A program made the position numbers and the translations under genes. Of a DNA stretch of 64,000 nt, positions 20,740-38,342 are shown one piece after another. The DNA is from the human T2T-CHM13v2.0 reference genome, Homo sapiens. Location: NCBI RefSeq assembly GCF_009914755.1, contig NC_060942.1; one strand, written 5' to 3'. The notes beneath the pieces were generated by a model that saw only the letters and a list, made by a program, of their open reading frames with translations, did no database searches and was not told the DNA's origin. The stretch's first letter is position 1, and each line of letters begins with the position of its first letter.

Positions 20740-21905
20740 ATAATCCCACTTGTATATTTTTGCTTTTATTGTCTGTTATTTTGAGGTCTTATTCATAAAA
20801 TCTTTTCCCAGACCATTGTCCTGAAACATTTCCCGTATTTTTTTTTTCTAGTAGTTTTATAGTTTTGGGTCTTACATTTAGTTCTTTGACTCATTTTGAG
20901 TTGATTTTTATATTGAGTGAGAAATAGGGGCCTATTTTCATTCTTCTGCAGTGGATATCCAGTTTTACCAGCACCGTTTATTAAATAGACTATCCTTTCC
21001 CCAATGAAGGTGCGTGGCTCCTATGTAAAAAAAATCAGTTGACTATAGAGGCATTCATTAATTTCTGGTACTCTGTTCCATTGCTCTATGTGTCTGTTTT
21101 TATGCCAGTACCATGCTGTTTTGGTAACTGTAGCTTCGTATATTTTCAAGTCTGATAGTATGTTGCCGCCAGCTTGTTTTTGTTTTTGTTTTTTTGCTTT
21201 TTTTCTTTTTTTGAGACAGAGTCTCACCCAGGCTAGAGTGCAGTGGCATAGTCTCAGCTCGCTGCAACATTTGCCTCCCGGGTTCAAGCGGTTCTTGTGC
21301 CTCAGCCTCCTGAGTAGCTGGGATTACAGGCCTGTGCCACCACACCCAACTAATTTTTGTATTTTTAACACAGACATGGTTTTGTCACGTTGGCCAGGCT
21401 GGTCTCGAACTCCTGACCTCAAGTGAGCCACTGCGCCCATCCAGCTTTGTTCTTTTTTGCTCAGGATTGCTTTGGCTATTGGTATGACTTTACTGGTTTC
21501 AGACTAATTTTAGGATTTTTTTTTTATATTTCTGTGAAAGCCTGGGCACAGTGGCTCACGCCTGTAATCCTAGCACTTTGGGAGGCTGAGGCGGGCAGAT
21601 CACCTGAGGTTAGGAGTTCAAGACTAGCCTGGCCAACATGGTGAAACCCCATCTCTACTAAAAATAAAAAATTAGCCAGGCGTGGTGGTACAGGCCTGTA
21701 ATCCCAGCTACGCAGAAGGCTGAGGCACAAGAGTCGCTTGAACCTGGGAGGTGGAGGTTGCAGTGAGCCAAGATCATGTCATGCACTCAAGCCTGGCCAA
21801 CAGAGCAAGACTCTGTCTCTAAATAAATAAATATTTCTGTGAAGGACATTATTGGTATTTTGATGGGGATTACACTGAATTTGCAGGTCACTTTGGATAG
21901 TAAAT
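20740..21905 (-). mobile_element. L1 ORF2 fragment interrupted by Alus 21174-21444(-) and 21540-21832(+)
   Basis: ORF 21021..21287(-) contains [27 protein letters not shown], an L1 ORF2 signature. Confidence 0.88.
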
Positions 21906-22066
21906 AGTTTTAATTTTTTTAGTTAGAAAAAAATACCCATAAAAATACTTGGTGTATATATAGTAAGCACTTAATAAGTATTTGACGAAGCAATATTTTT
22001 CTAACATACTGAATAAACATTTCAAATAAAAATGAATGAATGTTTTGGGGATTATTTCTCCTCTGA

Positions 22067-22246
<180 letters not shown>

Positions 22247-22347
22247 TAGATAATAAATGCATGATTTTAAAATCACGTATACAAACCATATTGGTTATAG
22301 AAACCTCTTATTTGAGCCAGGCGTAACAGCAGGAATAAGGAGTATTC

Positions 22348-23628
<1,281 letters not shown>

Positions 23629-23728
23629 AAACATTTTTCTTCCTAAACAAGATATAATGAATAAATACTTAAACACTTATATTTTTCCTTTTATACATTG
23701 GCTGTCTTGGATGTTGAAGTAGATGGTA

Positions 23729-24071
23729 CAGACATTGCTTTGTATCTGTGGGAAACTGGCTTCAGGACCTACTGTGGATACCAAAATCACGGATGCTCAA
23801 GTCTCTGATATAAAATGGCATAGTACTTGCCTATAACCTATGCATATTCTTTCATATGCTTTAAATTACCTCTAATTACTTATAATCCCTATTACAATGT
23901 AAATGCTTTGTAAATAGTTGTTATATAGTTGTTATACTGTATTGTATAGGGAATGACAAGAAAAATAGTCTGTACATGTTAATACAGATGAAGGTTTTTT
24001 TCCTGAATATTTTTGATCCACGGCTGGTTGAATCCATGAATGTAGAACCCAAGGATATGAAGGGCCAACTG
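23729..24071. mobile_element. MER2 (TcMar-Tigger MITE)
   Basis: TA|CAG...CTG|TA ends; ggataccaaaatc.cggatgctcaagtc.ctgatataaaatgg. Confidence 0.88.
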
Positions 24072-24779
24072 TATTGATTGTCCTTTTACTGAATAGTCCC
24101 AGGCAGGTTCTGTTTTGACCTGGAACATGCTGTTTTTATTTCTTCCCTTGTTGTCCATTAGCTCTCAGATGCCTGCCCTCAGCAATTTACTTCCCCTTTT
24201 AAATTTCATTTTTAACATACGGGCTAGAAAATTTAATAACCAAGCACATTAAAATTATATGTGAAAGTATGACTAGATTGTAATACAGGTAAGCATTGGG
24301 TAAAAATATGCTCTTATGTACTAACAATGGGAATATAAATTGGGATCACTATTTTGAAAAGCAGTTTGGCAATACAAGCAAAAGCCTATAATGTGAGTTC
24401 GTGAGTTTTCATTACACAAATTGAATATATCACGATGTCTTAAAGAATATGGTCCACATTGAGTAAATCTCTGGTTTTTTAGTTATAACCATAATTCTAT
24501 GATCTAGAATTAATCCTACTAGTTAGAAAAAAGCTATTTTGCTAGAAACACTGTTAAGTTACATTCATTCTCAATAATCATTTCCCGTGCTTTCTGTTAT
24601 CCAATCTCTGAAAACCATTATTGTATACATTTTAGTTTTTCTAGTTAATTTACCTAGGAAGGTAAATCTGTTCTGTTACTCCATCATGACCAGAAGTGGA
24701 AGTGCCAGTCCCATGTACTTAAATACTAACCATATGCTTACAGTTCTTAAATTTATCCCATTGCCTATTCTGCAAGTGG

Positions 24780-26110
<1,331 letters not shown>

Positions 26111-26423
26111 CAGTGTTTTTTCCAATAAGCCCTGATTCTCTAAGGTCATCTCATCTCATCCCAAAGCCCAGACTAAGGTAACAAAGGCTTATACTTAGGG
26201 CAGTGAGAATGATGAAAAAGATACCTGAATGAAGTTGTTTCACAGCTTCTTTAAAGCCTTTAATCTGTGTAAAATAGAAATGTATTAAAAGCTTTTACTT
26301 CAAACTTAAATTCTAGTTTTAAGTCTGTCACTTTCAATAGGTGATATCTTTGGCAAATTACCACTTTCATTTTCAGTTTCTCAAGTGTAAAGTGAAGGAA
26401 TCGGCTGGATTAAATATGTGATT

Positions 26424-26714
26424 CTGGGTGGCTCACACCTGTAATCCCAGCACTTTGGGAGTCTGAGACAGGTGGATCACTTGAGGTCAGGAATTCGAGA
26501 CCAGCCTGGCCAACATATAGTAAAACCCCGTCCGTGTCTACTAAAAATACAAAATTAGCTGAGTGTGGTGGTGCATGCCTATAGTCCCAGCTACTTGGGA
26601 AGCTGAGGCAAGAGAATCACTTGAACACAGGAGTGGGAGGTTGCAGTGAGCCAAGATCGTGCCACTGCACCCCAGCCTGGGTGACAGAGCAGGACTCTGT
26701 CTCTCAAAAAAAAA
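26424..26714 (+). mobile_element. Alu (AluS-like)
   Basis: Alu consensus; TSD gtgattctg. Confidence 0.92.
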
Positions 26715-27417
26715 GTGATTCTGTCATCTATGTTCTATTAAACCTTAAACTACTGCTTTGTTTTCACTAAGTCTAGGCCTTAAAAACCTGTACAATTTTT
26801 ACGTATAATTTTATCCTTGTGTGCATGAAGTTCGAGTTCTTTGTTTTCACAGTTGCCAAAAAATAGTAGGCTTTTGATCCTAACTGAAATCTTAAAGGGA
26901 GAAGTCATGGAGCCTTCAACATTCAGATCTAAATTATTTTTTAAAGCCGTAGAGATAAGAAAATTACTTTGAAACACACGTTATATTCAAATAATAATTA
27001 AGAAACATGTAGACCTCTGAATTTTTTTTACTGGCCTAATAAGGATAAAGACTTTGTACCAGTGTATAAATCAGCTGTATCACTAAGCACACTGTCAAGA
27101 TCAGCTGGCTTTTTTTTTTTTTAATTGCAACACTTTACTGATAAAGGAAGCACTTTATTGGTTTACATTGTGATACAAGCTCCTTTTCTCATCAGTGAAG
27201 CAGGCACTTCACAGACCAACATCAGCACTGATTACTGTTAGTAATTAATACTGTCTGTAAGAATTAATTACTAATAGTATCATCAATGAGGATTAAGTTT
27301 CCTTAGACTGCTGAATATCTTAGTAAATGGCTTTTTTAGCTTCTAGTTTGTAATCAATAAGCATAACACTCCATTTATTATTCTTTAGTGAAAAAACTTA
27401 CCAGTTTTTATTATTAG

Positions 27418-27585
<168 letters not shown>

Positions 27586-27600
27586 TAATTATTTTTTTTA

Positions 27601-27890
<290 letters not shown>

Positions 27891-28027
27891 AAAAATAAAA
27901 TAAAATAAAATAAATAAAATAAAATAAAATAAAATAAAATAAAATAAAATAAAATAAAATAAAATAAATAAAATAAAATAAAATAAAATAAAATAAAATA
28001 AAATAAAAAAAATAAAAAATAAATAAC
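27891..28027 (+). repeat. (TAAAA)n pentanucleotide microsatellite derived from the Alu tail
   Basis: About 135 bp of AAAAT/AAAT units. Confidence 0.95.
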
Positions 28028-28259
28028 TGTATATGCCCAAATGTGAACATGCACCTTTTTTTCTGTGATTCTCTTTACCTTTTGCTGCAGGTTGGGTGCT
28101 AGTTTTGTGACATAAAAACATTCCTAAAGATAAAAGGACTCTTCAGTAATTTATTTGGAATTAGAGATTGGTAATATCACTTTAATGTGATTGTGCTTAT
28201 ATTATTCTGGTTTACCAAATTTCAAAAAGCAATTTCTCTTTTATTCTATCATCAAAATG

Positions 28260-28554
<295 letters not shown>

Positions 28555-29222
28555 TGACTTTAAATAAAATAAATAACCTAACAAAAATTACCAGGAAAGT
28601 TATATTTAAAAAGAGAGAATCTTAAAATCTACTGCTATGAATTTTGGATTTTAAAACCTCACTTACCCAGAATGCTGGATGTTTATAAGTGGTATCTGAA
28701 TAAATAAAAAAGATGTTTATTTGTTAGGTTGTTGACATGCAACTAGCTTGTTTAGATATGACACTTACATTTAATATAATTTGAGAATATATTCAGCTTT
28801 TAGGCTGTTAATAAAAGGTCATGAGTAGTAATTTTTCTATGTTACCAGCAGCATAATGCTAAAAAGTATAGATCCACATTTTTCTGGTTTTATATTTTCT
28901 ACCAAAATTAAGTTAGTTGGGTATGTGATCTGAAGTCTTCATGTCATTTAACTGTCTTTGGGGTAGCATACTCCCATTTCTGTGCTCAAGCTAGGACTAT
29001 CAATCTGGACATTACCACTATTCCAGGCATATAGTAATTCATAGTCACTAAGGTCTAAACTTTATTGTAATCATTGGTTTAAATGAAATGAAATGCTCGA
29101 GTCCTTAGCCTTAAAAGAGCTATTTAATTAAGCAGGGTCCATTTCACAGACCCTTTGTTGTGAAAGTATAATTCCAGAGGAGCTCATAAGAGCATTTAAT
29201 AGCTAGTTTTTATGAAGGGGCC

Positions 29223-29540
29223 TTTTTTTTTTTTTTTTTTTTTTTGAGATGGAGTCTCACTGTGAGGCCCAGGCTGGAGTGCAAATGGCACAATCTCGGC
29301 TCACTGCAACCTCCACCTCCCAGGTTCAAGCGATTTTCCTGCCCCAGCTTCTTGAATAGCTGGGACTACAGGCACATGCCACCATACCCAGCCTATTTTT
29401 TTTTTTTTTTTTTTTTTTCTAGTAGAGACGGGGTTTCACCATACTGGCCAGGCTGGTCTCAAACTCCTGATCTCAAGTGATCCACCCGCCTCAGCCTCCC
29501 AAAGTGCTGGGATTACAGGCTCGAGCCACCACGCCCGGCC
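29223..29540 (-). mobile_element. Alu (AluS-like)
   Basis: Antisense Alu; TSD tgaaggggcct-like. Confidence 0.93.
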
Positions 29541-29952
29541 TGAAGGGGCCTCTTTAACTGAAGATTTTATTCTCTACATTATTGTATTCTTAGACTTTTT
29601 TTGTATGTGGCACATATAGTTCAAAACTCATTTGTTATTAAATGAATGTTGGTACAGACATTCAATCAAACATTCTTTTAATAAGACAACATACTCTTAG
29701 TTTTATGAAGAATTTTAATTCAAAATCATCCTAAAACATGAGCTAAATACTGACATTACATGTGTACAGTTTATTACATACCAAGTGTACTTGAATGAAG
29801 CTGTTCAGAAAAAAAGCCATAAGAGAGGAAGAATATTAGCTAAGCAGGGACTTTTCTGACCTCTTTATTATTTTTTGCTATTTTCTCCATGGTCCAAAGA
29901 CCATCCAGTTACAGACTAAGTCTTACCTTGTGGTTTAAAATACTGAGTTTTA

Positions 29953-30057
29953 GCTGGTCCAGAGGCAATTAGTTATCTCAGTTGATCATTCAATTACAGA
30001 TTGAACTGCTTCTTTTACTCTTTCCCTTCATTCTCACTACTGTACCTGATTCGTCTT
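29953..30057 (+). pseudogene. Y1 RNA (RNY1-like) retropseudogene
   Basis: gctggtcc...gttatctca.ttgat...ttacagattgaact...ctctttccc...ttctcactactg...gtctt matches hY1; A tail; 16-bp TSD AAAATACTGAGTTTTA at 29937-29952 and 30064-30079. Confidence 0.92.
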
Positions 30058-30293
30058 AAGAAAAAAATACTGAGTTTTATGAAAACAAGATATGTTTTCT
30101 GGTATGTGATTGAAAAGTATAGTAGTGTTTAGAATATTTATGATTTGACTTTTTAATTAATTAGTAGCCTTCAGGCTTTAGGCCTGTATTTGTCAGTTAC
30201 AGATAAATGTTTAAAATTTTTACCCACAAGACGATAAAATAGCATTAAATAAATGTCAAATGATAAAATTATACCACCTAGAATTTCAGTTCA

Positions 30294-30630
<337 letters not shown>

Positions 30631-31094
30631 TTAATTTTGAAAAGAAACTGTTCTCAATGAAGAGCTCTGATGATTTAGCTGCACAACAAGGAGGGAGAGA
30701 CCTTCTTCACTTTTGGAGACGCTCCAGATGTTTAACTGTAAGATAGTTTTTCCAAAAGATGCAAAGTCTCTGACAGCTTTCACTGTATTTCTGCTTTCCC
30801 CATTAATAAGCCAGATTGAGTCAACTTTGATGTGATATCTCACTGCCTGGTCACCAGATAGAATCAGTCTGGATAGAGCCTGTGATTGCACCCCATGCGT
30901 ATGGCAGAGCAAATACTTCCCCTGAAGATTACATGCTTAGAGACACCTTAGGAGATCTAATAGTCTGAAGGGTATAGAGGGATTGTCATCTATTGAAATA
31001 GCTACTGTAAAAAGTATTTTTGATAAGTACCTGAAATTTATAATAGTAGAGTTCATGTTTAGCACTTTGTCCCCCTTTGCAACTACCTATGGGA

Positions 31095-31325
31095 GGCAGA
31101 ATAGGAAAGTGTTTAAGAGTTCTGGTTCTGGAATAAGAAAGAGCTTGGGCCAGGTCCCAGCTCCTCTACTTTTTAGCTTTGTGAACTTGAACAAGTAATT
31201 TAACTTCCTTGGGTCTCTATTACCTCATCTGTCAAACAGGTATAGTAGAAACTACTTCAAAGGAATGTGAGTTATATGAGATGATATATGTAACCATTTG
31301 GTAAATATTTGCTGTCATTATTATA
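31095..31325 (+). mobile_element. MIR
   Basis: Core tgtgaacttgaacaagtaatttaacttccttgggtctctattacctcatctgtcaaa. Confidence 0.8.
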
Positions 31326-31497
31326 AATGAGGAAACTGATGCTAAATAGTGAGATCAATCATCAGCATCACACAGCTAATAATCAGAAGAATCATGTAAA
31401 CTTACAAAGCATCAAATAAGAGAAATGTTTACTAGATATAAGCTGAAAGAAATGCATGTTGCACATACAGTCTTCTAAGTTTATGATTTGTTTTTAA

Positions 31498-31596
<99 letters not shown>

Positions 31597-31860
31597 ACGT
31601 TGAAACAGAAACAGAAGGATGAAGGACAGTTTTTTCCTTCTTAGTTATTTATAGTTAAAGTTGGTACTAAACATTGATTTTTTTGATCTTCTGTAAATGG
31701 ATTTATAAATCAGTTTTCTATTGAAAATGTTTGTGATATTTTGCTTTTGCACCTTTAAAACAATAAGGCGCTTTCATTTTGCACTCTAACTTAAGAGTTT
31801 TTACTTTATGTAGTGATACCTAATACAATTTTGAAAATACAATAGTTGTAGTCTGTGATT
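31597..31860 (+). other. RBBP8: RBBP8 3' UTR (short, U-rich)
   Basis: Follows the stop codon; end inferred from AATACA hexamers and a downstream GU/U-rich tract. Confidence 0.7.
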
Positions 31861-31890
31861 TGTTGCCTTTCAGTTCTTTTCTTTTTACTT
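31822..31890 (+). terminator. Probable polyadenylation region: AATACA variants plus GU/U-rich downstream element
   Basis: AATACA at 31822-31827 and 31836-31841, followed by gttgtagtctgtgatttgttgcctttcagttctttt. Confidence 0.6.
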
Positions 31891-32213
31891 CATCTTCCCT
31901 TGGTATTTACATTGAGCAGTGACTTCATGTTAATCATTACAGATTTTTCTTCATCAATTGCTCTTCTCTAGGTCATATCAGTGTCTAGCATTTAAGTCTT
32001 TTTTTAAAAAAACAAAAAAGAAAGACTGTATTTTCATAGTTTTTTTAAACTCTCCAGCTTTTGTTGAATTGGAATCAGGTACTACATTGTCATAAATTCC
32101 TTTCAAGGTGACCACAAATATCGACTTTTTTTCCTTTCCCACATATTGTAAACATTATTCTCTGATCTGGTCCTACTTTTCCAGCTCTTCACATGTTTTC
32201 TTTTCATCATACT

Positions 32214-32516
32214 TTTTTTTCTTTTTTTTTTTTTTTCCGAGAAGGAGTCTCGCTCTGTCGCCAGGCTGGAGTGCAATGGCACAATCTCACTCACTGCAAC
32301 CTCCGCCTCCCGGGTTCAAGCAATTCTCCTGCTTCAGCCTCCCAAGTAGCTGGCACTACAGGCGTGCGCCACCATGCCCAGCTAATTTTTGTATTTTTAG
32401 TAGAGATGGGGTTTCACTGTGTTGGCCAGGATGGTCTTAATCTCTTGACCTCGTGATCCACCTGCCTCGGCCTCCCAAAGTGCTGGGATTGCAGGCATGA
32501 GCCACTGTGCCCAGCC
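32214..32516 (-). mobile_element. Alu (AluSc-like)
   Basis: Antisense Alu; TSD catacttttt. Confidence 0.93.
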
Positions 32517-32692
32517 ATACTTTTTTTTTTTTTTCTGGTGCATTTCTGAAGTTAAATATGTTGAGTTCTCTGCCCATTTGTTCAAATTCTATTGTATTAT
32601 TTCTGTGGATTGACAAATGTTATGAACAATTTGGTTTCAAAATAGATTTTTCTATTTAGCAACTTTCTATTCCTCTAGGACCTAGTATTAAG

Positions 32693-32747
32693 GTCATTAA
32701 GATGGCTTAATGAGTCATTAAGCCATTAATGAGTCATTAAGATGGCT
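32693..32747. promoter_or_regulatory. 25-bp palindrome with two AP-1 consensus sites (TGAGTCA)
   Basis: ATGGCTTAATGA-G-TCATTAAGCCAT at 32702-32726; TGAGTCA at 32711-32717 and 32730-32736; function untested. Confidence 0.5.
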
Positions 32748-33334
32748 GACCAATCTGTGCCATCTTTTTTAGTGACATTTTGTTTATCAGTGTCTCTTTT
32801 GTGTATTTCTTTGATTTATATCTTGACAGTATTACATAAGCAGGAATAAAAGAGACATTGAGTGGAATGTCTCGCTCAAATATAAATAACCTTATAAATA
32901 CAATCTTTACTTCTCAGAGTCCTAAAATCTTCTTGGTTAGTCTGGTCTTCCTTGTTGATCAAGGTTCTCGTGACTAAATGGCATTAGTTTGTGTTCTCAC
33001 AGATAGGATAGGAAAAGGAATTATACATATTGATTATGTACTATATGTCAGACCACTTATGTACCTTGTTTGGCTCTATGATTCTGAATTTTTTATCACC
33101 CTATCATCACTTCTGTTCAGCCCTTTTCTTCCCTTCCCAAGTTGTTTATTCTGTTTGATTTTTGTTCTCTGCTGGTAGTCAGATAATCTCCCAAAAATAA
33201 TAGTTATCATTGATTGGCCACTTCCTGTGTGTCAAGAACTGTTTTATACTCTTCACATAGATGGTTCTCTTTTGATCCTCAACCCTGTGAGCTTATCACT
33301 TAATAAATATTGTTAAGCTGCAAAAAAAAAAAGG

Positions 33335-33725
33335 ATCCAAAAAACAGCAGATTAAACAACAAATTACTGGCTTTATTTTTCTCACCTTAAAAAGTCTAGA
33401 GGTGAGCAGTCCAATGCCACTAGTGCAGCTCCATAGTGGCCTCAGGGACCCAGATGTCTCCTGGTTTTCTGCTCTTCCATACTTCGTATTGGTGTTCACC
33501 CTCGCATCTGTAAAGCAGTCTATGCCACTCGAGCATCACGCCCATGTTCTGCACAAAAGGAAGAAAAAAAGTACGTGCATTTGTTTTTGTCCCCTAGAAA
33601 AAAAAGTTTCCAGAAAGCCCTACCTCATAACTTTCCTGACTTCTCAGAGGTCAGAATTATCCATCTCATGGCTACCTCTAATAACTAGTAGGGATGAAAT
33701 TAGGACCCATGGTTGCCTAATTCCA
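33335..33725. mobile_element. MLT1J/K-like MaLR LTR remnant
   Basis: tttatttttctcac...aagtctagaggtgagcagtcca...cagggacccag. Confidence 0.6.
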
Positions 33726-34063
33726 GAATCTACTAATTCATCTTCACTATAGTATAGTCCTAAAGGCCAGGGTTTGAGAGACACCTGGATTTGAACAAGG
33801 CACCACAGGATGTGTGGTTGGAGTTACATACTTCCAATGGATTTTGCTTTTTAAGAAGCAGCCTAAGCAGAAAGAGAGGTAGGGTTTGTCCACTTGATGG
33901 TAGCTTCACAGCTATCCATCCCATTTATAGCAGTTTTCATTTACTCTTCAGTTACCCTGTGAAGTTGAGTGAGCTGAGGTCTCTCTCCCATCTTATCTGC
34001 TGTGGACCAACTTCTGCCTTTAAATGGAGTAAGGAAATAGACACATTTTAAAAACATTTCAGT

Positions 34064-34556
34064 GGCAGGACACGGTGGCTTATGCCTGTAATCCTAGCAC
34101 TTTGATGAGAGGCCAGGGTGGGTGGATCACTTAAGGTCAAAACCTTGAGACCAGCCTGGCCAACATGACAAAACCCCGTCTCTACTAAAAATGCAAAAAT
34201 TAGTCAGGCGTAGTGGTGCATGCCTGTAATCCCAGCTACTCAGGAGGCTGAGGCAGGAGAATAGCTTGAATCTGGGAGGTGGAGGCTGCAGTGAGCCAAG
34301 ATCACGTCACTGCACTCCAGCCTGGGCAACACAGTGAAACTCTCTCAAAACTAAAAAACATTTGGGTTAGATAACATTTAAATGCAAAATGGCTGTTTAT
34401 GACACTGCACTCAAGCTTTTCTTTAAAAAGATAATGTATATTAAAGGGCTTTATACATTTGTAAAGCATTTGTATAATACACGTTAGATAATATTTTCAT
34501 AAGAATGTATGTCATTCACTGGTTACATAGTTACATAGAATTTCAGGTTGCCAGCA

Positions 34557-34590
<34 letters not shown>

Positions 34591-34873
34591 AGATGGAGTC
34601 TCTCACTCTGTCACCCAGGCTGGAGTGACAGTGACAGTCTCAGCTCAATACAACCTCCACCTCCTGGGTTCAAGCAGTTCTCCTGCTTCAGCCTCCTGAG
34701 TAGCTGGGATTACAGGCGTGCGCCACCACGCCCGGCTAATTTTTGTATTTTTAGTAGAGATGGGGTTTCACCATGTTGGCCAGGCTGGTCTCAAACTCTT
34801 GACCTCAGGTGATCTGCCTATCTCAGCCTCCCAAAGTAGTAAGATTCCAGGCAGGAGACACCACACTTGGCCA
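34064..34873. mobile_element. Inverted Alu pair 34064-34358(+) and 34560-34873(-)
   Basis: Alu consensus motifs. Confidence 0.92.
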
Positions 34874-35223
34874 CTAGCAAGCTTTTTAAAGTTAGAGACT
34901 ATTGATTTAAACTTAGGAAACATGTAGAACCTATATGTCGCACTTAACATTTGACTGACAGCTTGCCTACCTTTAGTAAAGAGATATTCTGATTAAGCCG
35001 TTTGAAACCTAAGGTTGTCAAATGGGACAGTCTGAATGAGTTAATCATGGATACCCAAATATGTGTAGAAGACATGATAATGTTACCTTGAGAGAAAAGC
35101 CAGATGAAACAGAAGAATATTCCCTAAAACATTTCATGCGGTGAAAAGTTTTCTCAAAGTCCAACTGGCAAGGCTGCTGCCAATAGGCTCAATATATTAG
35201 TAACTCAGTTTAAACTGCATCTA

Positions 35224-35944
<721 letters not shown>

Positions 35945-36345
35945 CCAAGATGGTCTTTCATTTGTAATTCAGTTACATAAAAAGACTAATGTTACATAAA
36001 CCAAATAACACTAGTTCATTTATTTAACAAACATTTATTCAGCACTTTACCAGGCATGATACTAAGTACAGTGTCAGAATTAGACAAAATTTGACAAATA
36101 TTCTCTAAAAGAGCAAGCTTTTAAAGAAACACCTAAGAATCTTACTTTGTCATCTTTGTCATCTCATAACATCCATGAGTTTAATTTTGAAAAATGCCAC
36201 TGCAGAAATAAGCATTTGAACTGTATCTCAAATTTTACTATCCAACTGTGTATTTTCAGCATATCTAGCAGTTTAAGTGACACCTCAGTCTTTCTCTTTG
36301 CCGAGTTGAACTGTTAGAATAGTCCTTAGAAAGCCGAAGTGTTGA

Positions 36346-37406
<1,061 letters not shown>

Positions 37407-38342
37407 GAGCGCTATTTTTGGAGAAATAATTAGTTGGAAACTAGGGGCTGAGCAATCAAAAGAGAATTTCTAGGATATACAGGATATGAATTGGATACCT
37501 TTGGCACAGTAATGATAGCTCATCAGGCCAAAAAGAGCTTTCAACATAGCTATTGTTGAAATATACAAAGGGCAGAGGCAAGAATTCATGGTCTTGAGAG
37601 GAAAAAAAGTCAACATTGTGTACCTATATATCGGGCATTTAGGAATACAAAGAAATGTATGAGATCATATTACCCAGGGGGAGAACAGGCAGCCATAAAA
37701 AGATGCCTAAGAGGTCAAAGAGGCTTAGGCTGTGCCGAAGAAATCTTAAGGCCAATTAGAACCCAAACTATGCCTTAGGATGAGTTAACCTAGAGAAGCA
37801 AAGAGGAGACAATGCAATCTAAGTTGGGAAACCAACTAATTGGAATGTGGAAATGCTAAAATACTGAGTCAGAAGGGGCTTTAGAGATCATCTGATTCAA
37901 GCCTCTCACTTTGTAATGAAGAAACAGGAGCCCAAAGAGTCAGTGATTGCCAAGGTCCCAAAGGGCTAGAACCAGAATGTATGGCATCTGGGACCTCAGT
38001 TTGATGTTCTTTCCCCTTTGTAGGTGTATGTATTAGAACTAGGGAGTAGAGCTAGTATGTGGTTTAAGTAAGCAAGGCAGTAAACTTGGGTCTTGACTGC
38101 AAAATTAAGACTTTAGACTTGAGTCTGTAGTACTGTGGTTTTTCAGACCATTAGTAGCAGATCCCTTTCTTCAAATTAAATCTTATACAGAACTTCAGTA
38201 AACAATGATACTTTAATAACATGAATTTATTTCAAGCATTCAATTTTATCACCTTTACTTATAAGTCCACCTAGTCAAATGTTTTCTGCACCTCAGGCCA
38301 ATTATGTCTGAGGGTAAGTTCCAGGCATCAGTAATTTTGGGG

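Noticed and set aside
27891-28027. Intronic pentanucleotide repeat resembling TTTTA/TTTCA disease loci
   Set aside because: Short, with only AAAAT/AAAT units and no TTTCA/TGAAA insertion; a common Alu-tail microsatellite
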